From an uncultured Gammaproteobacteria bacterium (GTDB lineage: Bacteria > Pseudomonadota > Gammaproteobacteria > Steroidobacterales > Rariloculaceae): 64,000 bases of DNA. This document shows positions 48,948 through 59,235 of this stretch, piece after piece. Location of the stretch: positions 212 to 64,211 of the forward strand of contig CAXYEE010000017.1 in assembly GCA_964276105.1 (NCBI GenBank). Reading direction: 5' to 3'. The notes beneath the pieces were generated by a model. The model ran no database searches and was not told where the DNA came from. It saw only the letters and a program-made list of their open reading frames with translations. The stretch's first letter is position 1. Every line of letters starts with the position of its first letter. Made by a program: the position numbers and the translations under genes.

Positions 48948-49940
48948 TCAGATCACCCTTCTAAGCTTTCCGCCAGCCAGATAGTCCGAGATATTTTCTG
49001 CCATTTGGGTTAATGCGCGTTGTCGTGACTCTTTTGATGACCATGCAATATGTGGCGTCATTATTAAATTTTGAATATCAAATCTTAGTAGGGGCTCATC
49101 ATCCTCTGGAGGCTCCTTAGATAGAACATCTATGCCAGCACCGCCTATGACTCCCGAATCCAAAGCATTTACTAATGCCTGGCTATCGACTAATGCACCC
49201 CGGGCTGTATTAATTAATAGAGCATCCGATTTCATCATATTGAGCTCTTCTACACCGATTAGATGACGAGTTATCGGAGTAAGTGGACAGTGAAGACTAA
49301 TAATATCAGCCTCCTTCAGGACTCTAAGCAAGGGAGTCCTTCCATCTCGAAGACCATCGGCATTAGTCTCTATTCGGTCTGCAACAAGCACTTCCATGCC
49401 AAAGCATTTAGCTGCCTGTGCAACGGCAGAACCTAAATTCCCATAGCCTATGATTCCAATCGTCTTACCCGTCAATTCTCGGATTGGATATTCAGCAAGA
49501 GCTTGCGTCTCAGTATCCTCCCAAGCTTTACCCGAAGATGGTGTCGGACATCCTCTTATATGCCTTGTTAACCCAAGGACAAGTGACATGACATGCTGTA
49601 CAACACTAGCCGTACAATAGCCTCGTATATTTGAAACAGCTATCCCTCTCTCCTTAGCAGCTTCCAAATCTATATTGTCTGTGCCTGTAGCTGCTAATAC
49701 GATTAATTCCAAGTCCTTACTTGCCATCATGGTTTCTCTGTCTAAAACCAATTTATTTAACATAGCAATCTGCTTGCCATGCAGTCGCTGTACTAGATTA
49801 TCCTTATTAGAATAGCCGTGATAGTTAATCTTTAATAACTTGTCTAGAAGGGTTGTATCCACACCAGAGCCGAGGGAGGAAAAATCAAGAAATGTGGCGT
49901 TCATCTTACTGGACATGACTGAGAAGCTTACACTATTCAT
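48948..49940 (-). CDS. D-isomer-specific 2-hydroxyacid dehydrogenase (glycerate/hydroxypyruvate reductase-like)
   Basis: GIIGYGNLG Rossmann motif, NTARG, and a catalytic region ending TPHIAWSS. The start may be an internal Met (MNATF). Confidence 0.85.
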   Translation of the reverse strand: MNSVSFSVMSSKMNATFLDFSSLGSGVDTTLLDKLLKINYHGYSNKDNLVQRLHGKQIAMLNKLVLDRETMMASKDLELIVLAATGTDNIDLEAAKERGIAVSNIRGYCTASVVQHVMSLVLGLTRHIRGCPTPSSGKAWEDTETQALAEYPIRELTGKTIGIIGYGNLGSAVAQAAKCFGMEVLVADRIETNADGLRDGRTPLLRVLKEADIISLHCPLTPITRHLIGVEELNMMKSDALLINTARGALVDSQALVNALDSGVIGGAGIDVLSKEPPEDDEPLLRFDIQNLIMTPHIAWSSKESRQRALTQMAENISDYLAGGKLRRVI

Positions 49941-49976
49941 TTATGACTAAATCGCCTTTAAAGGAATAACTACTAA

Positions 49977-50438
49977 ATGAATAAGCCCTTTTGGGAATCA
50001 AAGTCTCTAGCTCAAATGAATGCCTCTGAATGGGAATCGCTATGCGATGGATGTGGACGTTGCTGTCTTCATAAACTTGAGGATGAAGAGACAAATGAGG
50101 TTCACTACACCGATGTTGCATGCCGCTTATTACATATAAAGGATTGTCGATGCTCGCACTATGCATCCCGACTCAAGTTTGTTCCAGACTGCATAGTTCT
50201 AACACCAGACAATCTTGAATCCCTAGCTTGGATGCCAACGACATGCGCTTATCGACGTATCTCAGAAGGTCGTGGCCTTGCAAAATGGCACCCCCTTATT
50301 TCTGAGGACCCGGAAAGCGTACATCAGGCCGGCATATCAATACGCGGTCGCTGTATCTCCGAATCCAACGTAAAAGAAGATGAAATACAAGAACGAACTA
50401 TTAGCTGGCTACGTCCACCCAAGAAAAAATCCAAATAA
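49977..50438 (+). CDS. ycgN: YcgN-family (UPF0260) cysteine-cluster protein
   Basis: FWESKSL.QM...[19 protein letters not shown] signature. Confidence 0.85.
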   Translation: MNKPFWESKSLAQMNASEWESLCDGCGRCCLHKLEDEETNEVHYTDVACRLLHIKDCRCSHYASRLKFVPDCIVLTPDNLESLAWMPTTCAYRRISEGRGLAKWHPLISEDPESVHQAGISIRGRCISESNVKEDEIQERTISWLRPPKKKSK

Positions 50439-50448
50439 AGCCATCTAG

Positions 50449-53190
50449 CTAGCCAGTATTTTGCATTCCATGTGCAATGCCATTAATACTGACCATCAAT
50501 GCTTGCAACACTGAATCGTCTTCACAGTCACCATCTCTCCAACGCCTCAGAAGGTCTACCTGTATGAGGCTCATGGGATCAACATAGGGATTACGAAGCC
50601 TTATCGCTCTTCGTAATGTGTCCTCTTTTTCTAGAATGTTTGACTGACTCGTTATTTTAAGAATCAAATCAACACAAAGATCATGCTCTGCACGTATCAG
50701 CGGGAAAAATTCATTATGCAAAGGTCCTGCAAGTTTTGAATATCTTTCGGCTATCGCAATATCAACCTTACCCAATACAACCTCTGCGTCTAAAATAAGG
50801 ACTCTGAAGAATGGCCATTCTGCTAGCATATGCTTAAGTTCATCTGCACCAAACTTCTCCCAAGCATGGTGGAGTCCAGTCCCAAGACCAAACCAACCGG
50901 GCAAAATCAATCTGCTCTGCGTCCATGCAAACACCCAAGGGATTGCGCGTAATTCAGAAAGCCGATCATCATCCATCCTTAAACTAGAACGAAATCCAAT
51001 CCCCAGTTTTTCTATAACATCGATAGGTGTAGCTCTTCGGAAATAATCTGGAAATTTTTCATGATCATAGATCATATTCTTATAAGCTTGGCGACTTACC
51101 TCCGAAATTTCCCCCATAATTTCACGCCAATTTTCAGTGGCTTGGTAGGACTCATCATGCCGCGCAGTAACGGATAGAACTGAAGCTACTGTCTGCTCAA
51201 GAGATCGCATAGCGATTGTTCGGAGGCCATATTTTGCATTGATCACATCGCCTTGCTCCGTCATACGAAGACGGCCCGTGATAGCGCCCGGTGGCGACGC
51301 AAGAATTGCCTCGTGTAGGCGCCCGCCTCCCCGACTCACCATTCCCCCACGACCATGAAATAAGGTCAAACGAACATTAAATTTCTTAAGAATTTCTACT
51401 AACGATTTTTGTGCCTTATGCAATGTCCAGCGCGCAGCAGCTAGCCCATCGTCCTTATTACTATCTGAATGCCCGATCATTACCATCTGATGATTACCCC
51501 TATGCTCAAGATGTGATCGGTAAATCTCATCAGAAAGTAAACTTTCCATAATCACTGAAGAATTTTCGAGGTCTTCGATAGTTTCAAACAATGGCACAAC
51601 GTCTAAAGGTACTGGCGCACCCTTTGGTCCCAAATCCCCCCATTTCGCCAAAAGCAATACAGATAAAATATCATCTGGACCATGAGCCATACTGACAATA
51701 TAAGGTCCTATAGAGTTAGTACCGTATTTACGTCTACAGTGTGCAATCGACTTAAATACTGAAAGCGTTCTGCGAGCTCCTGAAGAGAGAGTTCCTATGG
51801 CTGACTCTCTTCTCTCAAGGGCCTCTTTTAAACGTGCGGTACGAGCTTCAACGCTACTTTCGAGCCAATCGTGCTCCTTTAAACCCTCGTTTATAACACT
51901 ACGATGTACAACTGCGTTCTGCCGAAGATCTAAGGTTGCAATATGAAACCCAAATGTCTCCACACGACGACGCAATCTTTTTACCGAAAATAAGCCTGCA
52001 TTACGACCCTTATTTGCTCGCAAGCTATCTTCAATGAGCACGATGTCTTGAATAAACTCCTCCGGTGACTCATATGGAAAAGCACTATCGTCATAGGTAG
52101 CCTGCAGTCGAGCCGCAGCAAGCCTAAAAAAAACTCGGTAAGGCATCTCCCGGTGTCTTTCAGGTATAACGCTAACCGCTTCTGGAAAATGACTAGCATA
52201 GACTTTACTTTGACTATGCAATGCGTCATTAATTTTTATTCGGCTTTTACTTTGACTCAGCTTTTGAGAAAGGGCCAAACACTCGTTGTAATAAAGATTT
52301 AAAACTAAAGCTCTTTGACGCGAAAGTGTCTCGCGAATATTCTTAGCCGTGACATTTGGATTGCCATCCATATCACCGCCAACCCATGACCCAAACTTGA
52401 TTAAGTTAGAGGAACGAATCCTTATTTTTTGATCAGGAAAAACCGATTTCACAGCATCCTCAAGACCTTCATAGAAGACTGGGATAATTCGGTATAAGAC
52501 GTCAGTCAAAAAGAATAGGGCATGTTCAGCTTCATCGGCAACACGCATATATGCCTGTGGATGTTCTTCAGTTTGCCAGCCCGATGTCATTTCATGCAGT
52601 ATTCGACCCAAGACTTCCTGCTCTTCCTGGGGTGTTAGATATGGATCGAGCATAGCGACTAAATGGCGAGCAATATTCTGCTGTTTGCGAAGCAGGGTCC
52701 GGCGGCTGGCCTCGGTAGGATGGGCAGTAAAAACCGGCTCAACGGATATCTGGGATAGAGCATCTTCTAAATCTGGAGCTTCTAGACCAGACTCTTTCAG
52801 TTGCTTCAATATATCTAAAAACCCAAGAGGCTGATGCTTTGTAGAATCTCTCAGATAGGCTCGTCGCCTTCTAATGCGATGAACCTTCTCAGCCATATTG
52901 ACCATTTGAAAATAGGTCGAAAATGCGCGGATAAAATCCCTTGCTATGCCAGGCTCTAGTGCCGAAAGAAGGGCTTGCAACTTTTCAAGCGCGTCAACAC
53001 CACCTTCTCTATGAGCTATAGAAATTCTACGTGCTTCCTCCACCAAGTCAAAAAGAGCCTCGCCACCCTGCTCTTTTACCAACTCACCAACTAACTCTCC
53101 AAGCCGACGGACATCGACCTTCAGGGCCTGATCCTTTTCAGCAAAGAAGATTTCCTCACGCCGAACTTTTTTTGATTTGGAAGATGACAT
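50449..53190 (-). CDS. ppc: Phosphoenolpyruvate carboxylase
   Basis: 913 aa; VFTAHPTE, FHGRGGMVSRGGG, C-terminal GMQNTG. Confidence 0.95.
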   Translation of the reverse strand: MSSSKSKKVRREEIFFAEKDQALKVDVRRLGELVGELVKEQGGEALFDLVEEARRISIAHREGGVDALEKLQALLSALEPGIARDFIRAFSTYFQMVNMAEKVHRIRRRRAYLRDSTKHQPLGFLDILKQLKESGLEAPDLEDALSQISVEPVFTAHPTEASRRTLLRKQQNIARHLVAMLDPYLTPQEEQEVLGRILHEMTSGWQTEEHPQAYMRVADEAEHALFFLTDVLYRIIPVFYEGLEDAVKSVFPDQKIRIRSSNLIKFGSWVGGDMDGNPNVTAKNIRETLSRQRALVLNLYYNECLALSQKLSQSKSRIKINDALHSQSKVYASHFPEAVSVIPERHREMPYRVFFRLAAARLQATYDDSAFPYESPEEFIQDIVLIEDSLRANKGRNAGLFSVKRLRRRVETFGFHIATLDLRQNAVVHRSVINEGLKEHDWLESSVEARTARLKEALERRESAIGTLSSGARRTLSVFKSIAHCRRKYGTNSIGPYIVSMAHGPDDILSVLLLAKWGDLGPKGAPVPLDVVPLFETIEDLENSSVIMESLLSDEIYRSHLEHRGNHQMVMIGHSDSNKDDGLAAARWTLHKAQKSLVEILKKFNVRLTLFHGRGGMVSRGGGRLHEAILASPPGAITGRLRMTEQGDVINAKYGLRTIAMRSLEQTVASVLSVTARHDESYQATENWREIMGEISEVSRQAYKNMIYDHEKFPDYFRRATPIDVIEKLGIGFRSSLRMDDDRLSELRAIPWVFAWTQSRLILPGWFGLGTGLHHAWEKFGADELKHMLAEWPFFRVLILDAEVVLGKVDIAIAERYSKLAGPLHNEFFPLIRAEHDLCVDLILKITSQSNILEKEDTLRRAIRLRNPYVDPMSLIQVDLLRRWRDGDCEDDSVLQALMVSINGIAHGMQNTG

Positions 53191-53229
53191 TAGAAGACTT
53201 ATCGTCGGAGCAAATAGTACCTTACTACA

Positions 53230-55065
53230 CTACCTGTAACCACGCGCCTGAAGCTCAAAAAGACGTGCATACTGTCCTTCCATAGCAAGCAGTTCTCCAT
53301 GGCTCCCTCTCTCGATGATTTCACCTTGATCCATTACCATTATCAGTTCTGCCCTACGAACAGTTGAAAATCTATGAGAAATTAGAATTGCAATCTTATC
53401 AGCTGTGAGAGACTGAAAATCGTCAAATATCTCAGACTCTGTCTGAGAATCCATTGAGGCTGTAGGCTCGTCGAGAACAAGTATATCGGCACCAGTTCTC
53501 ATAAAGGCTCGTGATAAGGCGACACGCTGCCACTCACCACCAGATAGCTCTTGCCCTTTATTAAACCAACGGCCTAATGGGGTCTGATAACCTTCCGGTA
53601 ACTTATCGATAAATTTTGCTGCTTTTCCTTTGGTAGCCGCTTCAATCCACCTCTCGTCTTCCCACAGATGCCCAACGTCACCAACACCTATGTTTTCACC
53701 TACGGGCAGCTGATAGCGATTAAAGTCCTGAAAAATAACCCCTATCGATTTTCTTAGCTCGGCAAGATCCCATTGCGACAATTCCATGCCTTGATAGTAA
53801 ATGGTGCCACTATCTGGTGGATAAAGCCCTGCCATAAGCTTGATTAAAGTAGTCTTACCAGATCCATTTAACCCAACGATTGCCACGCTTTGACCAGGTT
53901 TTATAGAAAAACTGACATTACGAACCGCGGGGTGCGAACCACCAGGGTAAGTGAAACTCACATTATCAAAAGCCAAACCAGCACTAGGATCAGGTCCTGC
54001 GGTAATTATTCCATGGCTGCGAGGTGTTTCTTCCTCAAGGTATTCATAAAGATTAGACAAATACAAATTATCCTCATACATTCCACCAATTGATGTCAGC
54101 ATAGAAGAAACAGATGCCTGACCTTGCTTGAAAACAAGAAGGTACATTGTCATCTCGCCGAGACTTATTCCCCCTTGAATCGTCGATACGGCAATCCATG
54201 TATAGGTGCCATAGAAAGCAACATTACCAAAAAGACTAAGTGCAAAACCCCATCCATCTCGCCGGACAGCAAGCTTCCGATCCTCTTCATATAACACCCC
54301 GAAAATATTCCTATACCGGCTCATGAGTTCTCGACCGAGCGAGAATAGTTTCACCTCCTTTGCATGATCCTCACGAGCTAGCACCATTTCCAAATACAAC
54401 AACATTCTTCTCTCAGGGGATCGGCGACGAAATACTCGGAATCGCTCACCAGAAAAAGCAGTTTCTGCCGCAAAGGCTGGAATACCTGCAGCAATCAGTA
54501 TCAAAACTGCCCAAGGTGAGAATTGCAGTAAAAGGCCACCGAAACTCGCGAGTGATATGCCATGCTGGGCAAGCCCAAAGGTTCGATTAACTAGACTAAG
54601 CGGTCGACTTGAAGCTTCCTGACGAGCTCTATTGAGCTTGTCATAAAATTCGGAATCCTCAAATTGAGCTAAATCCAGCGTTAAAGCCTTTTCCAGGATT
54701 AAAATATTGACTCGTTGACTAAGAAGAACGCGAAGTAACGCTTGGCAGAAGCCTATTGCACGCTGCACACCAGCGAGGCCGGCCACTAGGACACCCTCCA
54801 CAATCACCCAAGCAAAAACTAAAGAATATTCTGCTAAACCACCCTCTTGAACTGTAACGATTTCGCTAACCACACCATCCACTATCAATTTACCTACATA
54901 GGCAACGGCAGCAGGAAGCACTCCGGCAGTCACTGTGAACAGCGCGAGAGCTATTGTTAAACCTTTATGAGTAGACCAAACGAGCTGAATAGCTCTGCGG
55001 CTATAGCGAAACACACCGAAATAACTTTCAAGCGTAACGTCTTCATTCGCGGGATATCGGAGCAT
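53230..55065 (-). CDS. ABC exporter, fused permease/ATPase
   Basis: 611 aa; 6-TM N-domain; GLNGSGKTT, LSGGEWQRVALSRA, LVLDEPT. Confidence 0.88.
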   Translation of the reverse strand: MLRYPANEDVTLESYFGVFRYSRRAIQLVWSTHKGLTIALALFTVTAGVLPAAVAYVGKLIVDGVVSEIVTVQEGGLAEYSLVFAWVIVEGVLVAGLAGVQRAIGFCQALLRVLLSQRVNILILEKALTLDLAQFEDSEFYDKLNRARQEASSRPLSLVNRTFGLAQHGISLASFGGLLLQFSPWAVLILIAAGIPAFAAETAFSGERFRVFRRRSPERRMLLYLEMVLAREDHAKEVKLFSLGRELMSRYRNIFGVLYEEDRKLAVRRDGWGFALSLFGNVAFYGTYTWIAVSTIQGGISLGEMTMYLLVFKQGQASVSSMLTSIGGMYEDNLYLSNLYEYLEEETPRSHGIITAGPDPSAGLAFDNVSFTYPGGSHPAVRNVSFSIKPGQSVAIVGLNGSGKTTLIKLMAGLYPPDSGTIYYQGMELSQWDLAELRKSIGVIFQDFNRYQLPVGENIGVGDVGHLWEDERWIEAATKGKAAKFIDKLPEGYQTPLGRWFNKGQELSGGEWQRVALSRAFMRTGADILVLDEPTASMDSQTESEIFDDFQSLTADKIAILISHRFSTVRRAELIMVMDQGEIIERGSHGELLAMEGQYARLFELQARGYR

Positions 55066-55183
55066 TAATATGTCATTTCTATGTGGCGGGACAAGTCAGC
55101 ACTCAATTTTAGTCTATCTGAGTTGGCTACAGTTGTAACACCATGTTATTAGGAGTATCGAGCAAATACAAAATGAGATACTA

Positions 55184-56998
55184 GTGCCCGATTTACCCAG
55201 TAGCCATGGCATTTTCGTTCTTTTGCTGACGGGGTTTGCTTTTTACCTATTCACGAGAGATCGGCTACGCCTAGAAGCTTCTGGGCTTATAATTTTATTA
55301 ATCCTCGTGCTAGCTTTTGAGTTATTCCCATTCTCAGCTAATGGCGACTCTCTATCTCCGGTCGTATTCCTCTCTGGGTTTGGACATGAAGCACTTATCA
55401 CGATATGCGCTTTAATGATCCTAGGCAAAGGACTTGAAACTACTGGTGCACTTCAACCTCTCGCCACGTTCCTAGCTAAAATATGGATGGCACAACCAAG
55501 GCTAGCTAGTCTTGCTACGTTGATCATAAGTGCACTCCTTAGTGCATTCCTTAACAACACACCAATCGTTGTGATGTTGCTTCCTCTGCTAGTTGGGGTA
55601 GCAGTAAAAAATAATATAGCGCCATCTTCTATACTTATGCCAGTCGGACTAGCCACCATTGTGGGCGGGATGGCTACCACCATCGGAACATCTACTAATC
55701 TGTTAGTTGTATCTATAGCAACATCTCAAGGCATAGCCCCGTTGCAAATGTTCGATTTTGCCTTCCCAGCGCTAATAGTTGGCAGCCTAGGCATAGTATA
55801 CCTATGGCTAATAGCCCCTCGCCTGCTACCGGAACGCAAACCCCCATTATCAGATATGGCACCGCGTGTCTTTAATGCAAGCTTGCACATTAATGCAGAT
55901 AGTAAGGCGTGTGGGGCTCCCTTTGCAGAGTGTTTAGCTCTAACCAATAACGAAATGAAAGTAGAACGTATTGATAGAGGGGAAGACCTCTCAGTTACAA
56001 AACTGCCGTCTGTAACCATACTTGAAGGCGATCGCTTAGCGGTAAGGGATACACCAGAACGTCTAAAAAGTTTTGAACAAAACCTGGGGGCAACATTACA
56101 TAACGAGGCAAATAAAAGCCTAAGCGACCAAGAACCACAAAATCTTGCAGAAATAGTGGTCACAAGAAATTCTATACTCTACAGAGCTAGTCTTCTCGGC
56201 ACCCAATTTGCGCAACGAACCAACCTTTTACCTCTAGCACTCCACAGGGTCCATAACGCAGGACTAGGAGAAATCTCTCATGAGATTGGCGCAACCTCAC
56301 TAAGAGCAGGTGATGTAGTTCTAGTGCAGGGGACAGGCCCCGAGTTAAGAAAATTAAAAACTCTTGGCACTGAACTTGTACTCGACGGAACAATGAAGCT
56401 TCCATACACACACCGTGCGCCAAGAGCAGCAATGATTATGATGCTCGTGATTCTAGCAGCGGCACTAGGGGTCATGCCTATACCAATTGCGGCTCTAACT
56501 GGCGTTGGACTCATGCTGGCAACACGCTGCCTTAGATGGGGAGATGTGTCTGGTGCTTTATCAACTCCTGTCATTATGATGGTAGTTGCGAGTTTGGCGC
56601 TTGGTTCAGCTATGACAGAGACTGGTGGGGCACTATATTTTGCTCAAGTTCTTGTCTCCGCAGTCGAACAGCTGCCAATTCCCATTATTCTAAGCATACT
56701 AATTCTGGTCATGGCAATTCTTACTAATATGGTTTCAAATAATGCAACTGGAGTTATTGGTGCGCCAGTCGCCATTCAAATTGCTGAGCAGCTTGGAACC
56801 TCACCAGAACCTTTTATTCTTGCGGTTATTTTCGGGGCTAATATGAGTTTTGCGACTGCTTTTGGCTACCAGACAAATTTATTATTGCTATCTGCTGGGG
56901 GGTATAAAGCTACTGATTTTTTAAGAGCAGGTGTTCCTCTGATACTCATAATGTGGGCAGGTTTTTCCATAATCCTGCCCTTTCTATACGACCTTTAA
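55184..56998 (+). CDS. SLC13/DASS-superfamily permease with two central TrkA-C (RCK_C) domains
   Basis: 604 aa; membrane halves flank a soluble loop with duplicated ...LEGDRLAVRD... / ...LRAGDVVLVQG... segments. GTG start. Confidence 0.8.
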   Translation: MPDLPSSHGIFVLLLTGFAFYLFTRDRLRLEASGLIILLILVLAFELFPFSANGDSLSPVVFLSGFGHEALITICALMILGKGLETTGALQPLATFLAKIWMAQPRLASLATLIISALLSAFLNNTPIVVMLLPLLVGVAVKNNIAPSSILMPVGLATIVGGMATTIGTSTNLLVVSIATSQGIAPLQMFDFAFPALIVGSLGIVYLWLIAPRLLPERKPPLSDMAPRVFNASLHINADSKACGAPFAECLALTNNEMKVERIDRGEDLSVTKLPSVTILEGDRLAVRDTPERLKSFEQNLGATLHNEANKSLSDQEPQNLAEIVVTRNSILYRASLLGTQFAQRTNLLPLALHRVHNAGLGEISHEIGATSLRAGDVVLVQGTGPELRKLKTLGTELVLDGTMKLPYTHRAPRAAMIMMLVILAAALGVMPIPIAALTGVGLMLATRCLRWGDVSGALSTPVIMMVVASLALGSAMTETGGALYFAQVLVSAVEQLPIPIILSILILVMAILTNMVSNNATGVIGAPVAIQIAEQLGTSPEPFILAVIFGANMSFATAFGYQTNLLLLSAGGYKATDFLRAGVPLILIMWAGFSIILPFLYDL

Positions 56999-57021
56999 GC
57001 CTTAGTACTGGTTTTTCGGTC

Positions 57022-57051
57022 TTGACCCTCAAGAGTCCCTAGGGACATACT
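57022..57051 (+). promoter_or_regulatory. Candidate sigma70 promoter of the trp operon with an embedded 12-bp palindrome
   Basis: TTGACC (57022-57027), an 18-bp spacer, then CATACT (57046-57051). The palindrome GTCCCTAGGGAC (57035-57046) spans the spacer/-10 junction. Hexamer matches are 5/6 and 4/6. Confidence 0.3.
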
Positions 57052-57058
57052 TCCCACT

Positions 57059-57139
57059 ATGAAATTTCGTGTGAACATTCATTCCTTCGTAAGACGCTGT
57101 TGGCTAAGCTTATCAGCTGAGAGGGTACGGCACGCGTAA
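57059..57139 (+). promoter_or_regulatory. Candidate 26-codon leader ORF (MKFRVNIHSFVRRCWLSLSAERVRHA*)
   Basis: ATG 57059, single Trp codon 57101-57103, stop 57137-57139, 33 nt before the terminator stem. No SD visible and only one Trp. Confidence 0.25.
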
Positions 57140-57169
57140 TCTGACCAAAAGAGTCTAATTCGAACATGC

Positions 57170-57209
57170 AAACCCATCTCCGCACCTTCGGATATGGGTT
57201 TTTTGTTTT
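57170..57209 (+). terminator. Intrinsic terminator / probable trp attenuator
   Basis: CCCATCTCCG (57173-57182), loop CACCTT, CGGATATGGG (57189-57198): 10 bp with 1 mismatch, extendable by AAA/TTT. Followed by TTTTTTGTTTT, which runs into the trpE SD (GGAG 57219-57222). Confidence 0.75.
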
Positions 57210-57230
57210 GTGGCGGCTGGAGAAAAAATA

Positions 57231-58634
57231 GTGCAGGCACCATTTGATATCGTAGCAGACCTAGATACACCAGTATCAGCATATATAAAGCTGCGCAAGT
57301 TTAATCCACGCTTTCTACTTGAAAGCGTAGAGGGTGGAGAACGGTTAGCACGATACTCATTTTTAGGGTTTGGCACCGGACCAACCCTAGAGCTTTATTC
57401 GGACCGCCTGGTTCTCAATGGAGAAATTCAGCAACGTCCAGAAAATCGTGTTGAGTGGTTAAAAGTCTTGCGTGAAACCCTTGCTACTAGCCCAGAGCTT
57501 TACCCCAAAATTGAAGGTCTACCATTTTCTGGGGGACTAGTTGGAGCATTTGGGTATGACGTTGTTCGCTATTTCGAAAGAGTGCCTGCCACTCAAACAG
57601 AACTAGAAGGGTTACCACAGGCATCATTATTAGCGCCTGAGTCTTTACTGGTTTTTGATCACCTAACTCGGCGTGTTGCCTTGCTCCACTCTGGCAATGA
57701 ACACGAGCGCAAAGAACTGCGCAAAGAGATAATTGATGCATTACGCAAAGATATTAATGATGCCTCAGTCATCTCATCCCTAGAAAAAAAGGGAAACTTT
57801 TCAGAAACTGTTGCTAGTCTGGATAAACAAGAATTCATTGCAAAAGTTGAATGTTGTAAAACCCACATTACAGCGGGAGACATATTACAAATTGTCTTAT
57901 CAGTACGATTTTCAGGAAAAACAGACTTACAACCATTTCAATGCTATAGGGCAATGAGACTACTAAATCCATCGCCCTATATGTTTTTCTTTGAATTTGG
58001 TGACCTTAAAATTTCTGGCTCATCTCCTGAGGCATTAGTTCGTTTAGAAAACCGTGAAGCCTCACTAAGGCCAATCGCTGGAACACGACCAAGAGGAGAA
58101 ACCGCAAAATTAGATGAAGCATTAGAGGTCGAATTACTCGCAGATCCAAAAGAGAATGCGGAACACGTCATGCTCGTTGATTTAGCTAGAAACGATCTTG
58201 GTAGAGTTGCACAGCCTGGAACTGTCAAAGTAGATCCCTATCTAAAGATCGAGAGATATAGTCATGTCATGCATATTGTTAGTGGAGTATGCGGCATCCT
58301 GGAAGAACAACATGATGCTTTAGACCTTTTCGCTGCTGCCTTTCCTGCAGGAACGTTAGTCGGCGCTCCAAAAGTTCGAGCTATGGAATTGATTGCCGAG
58401 ATGGAACCAATTAGCCGGGGCCTATATGGAGGCACGATGGGCTATATAGCAAAAAACGGCAATATGGACCAAGCTATAACTATAAGAACGATGGTGTTCA
58501 ATGGAAATGAATATAGCTTTCAGGCGGGTGCAGGGATAGTTGCTGATAGTAACCCCGAACACGAATATCAAGAGGTGCTTGCCAAGAGCGCTATCCTACG
58601 ACGTGCGCTTGAGATCGCGGAGGAAGGCATATGA
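57231..58634 (+). CDS. trpE: Anthranilate synthase component I
   Basis: ADLDTPVSAY, LLNPSPYMFF, GTRPRG, AEHVMLVDLARND, GGTMGY motifs. GTG 57231 is preferred (SD 8 nt upstream); the track start GTG 57210 lies in the terminator U-tract. Confidence 0.93.
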   Translation: MQAPFDIVADLDTPVSAYIKLRKFNPRFLLESVEGGERLARYSFLGFGTGPTLELYSDRLVLNGEIQQRPENRVEWLKVLRETLATSPELYPKIEGLPFSGGLVGAFGYDVVRYFERVPATQTELEGLPQASLLAPESLLVFDHLTRRVALLHSGNEHERKELRKEIIDALRKDINDASVISSLEKKGNFSETVASLDKQEFIAKVECCKTHITAGDILQIVLSVRFSGKTDLQPFQCYRAMRLLNPSPYMFFFEFGDLKISGSSPEALVRLENREASLRPIAGTRPRGETAKLDEALEVELLADPKENAEHVMLVDLARNDLGRVAQPGTVKVDPYLKIERYSHVMHIVSGVCGILEEQHDALDLFAAAFPAGTLVGAPKVRAMELIAEMEPISRGLYGGTMGYIAKNGNMDQAITIRTMVFNGNEYSFQAGAGIVADSNPEHEYQEVLAKSAILRRALEIAEEGI

Positions 58635-59215
58635 ATGTGCGACTCCTCTTAATTGACAACTATGACTCCTTCACCTACAACCTCGTACAAGCTTTTTTAA
58701 TGCTAGATGCAAGTGTGATTGTGCATCGTAACGATGCTATCGATGTAGCAACTGCGGCCCGCATATCTCCAACTCATTTAGTTATTTCTCCAGGTCCTGG
58801 CCGCCCATCTGATGCAGGAGTATCCCTTGAAATGATTGAGTATTTTTCTAATAAAACTCCCGTGCTTGGTGTCTGCTTAGGGCACCAATGCATTGTTGAG
58901 CATTTCGGCGGTTCGATAGTTGCGGCCCAAAACTTAATGCATGGAAAAACATCTCAAATTAAACATGATGGCAAAGAAGTCTATAGATCTCTCCCTAATC
59001 CCTTTGAGGTCGGGCGTTATCACTCTCTTGCCGCAAAGCGAGACGAAGTTCCACAAAACCTAACCGTGACGGCAAAGACAGAAGAGGGGGAGGTTATGGG
59101 AGTGCGCCATAAAACGTTACCGATCGAAGGTGTCCAGTTTCACCCCGAGAGTGTGCTTACACCTAATGGCCCACAAGTACTTGAAAACTTTCTCTACCCT
59201 GAACGGAACATCTAA
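58631..59215 (+). CDS. trpG: Anthranilate synthase component II (glutamine amidotransferase)
   Basis: LLIDNYDSFTYNL, GVCLGHQ, QFHPES; ATGA overlap with trpE. Confidence 0.95.
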   Translation: MNVRLLLIDNYDSFTYNLVQAFLMLDASVIVHRNDAIDVATAARISPTHLVISPGPGRPSDAGVSLEMIEYFSNKTPVLGVCLGHQCIVEHFGGSIVAAQNLMHGKTSQIKHDGKEVYRSLPNPFEVGRYHSLAAKRDEVPQNLTVTAKTEEGEVMGVRHKTLPIEGVQFHPESVLTPNGPQVLENFLYPERNI

Positions 59216-59235
59216 TTAGCATCTGGAGGATGGCG

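Noticed and set aside
55173-55186. Three-codon mini-ORF (ATG AGA TAC TAG) whose stop overlaps the GTG start of the SLC13 permease, downstream of an AGGAG
   Set aside because: It could be termination-reinitiation coupling. However, three codons and a 15-nt SD spacing are well within chance, and the true permease start is itself uncertain.
55726-56574. Several 80-145-aa minus-strand ORFs inside the SLC13 permease gene
   Set aside because: These are overlapping shadow frames with Arg/Ser-rich translations. The plus-strand CDS is continuous and family-typical.
57119-57136. Resemblance of GAGAGGGTACGGCACGCG to a T-box element upstream of the trp terminator
   Set aside because: The key UGGN-ACC acceptor-pairing bulge and a Stem I/specifier domain are absent. 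The leader is too short (under 200 nt), and T-boxes are not expected in Gammaproteobacteria. I also saw no array of GAG/UAG triplets for a TRAP-type mechanism.
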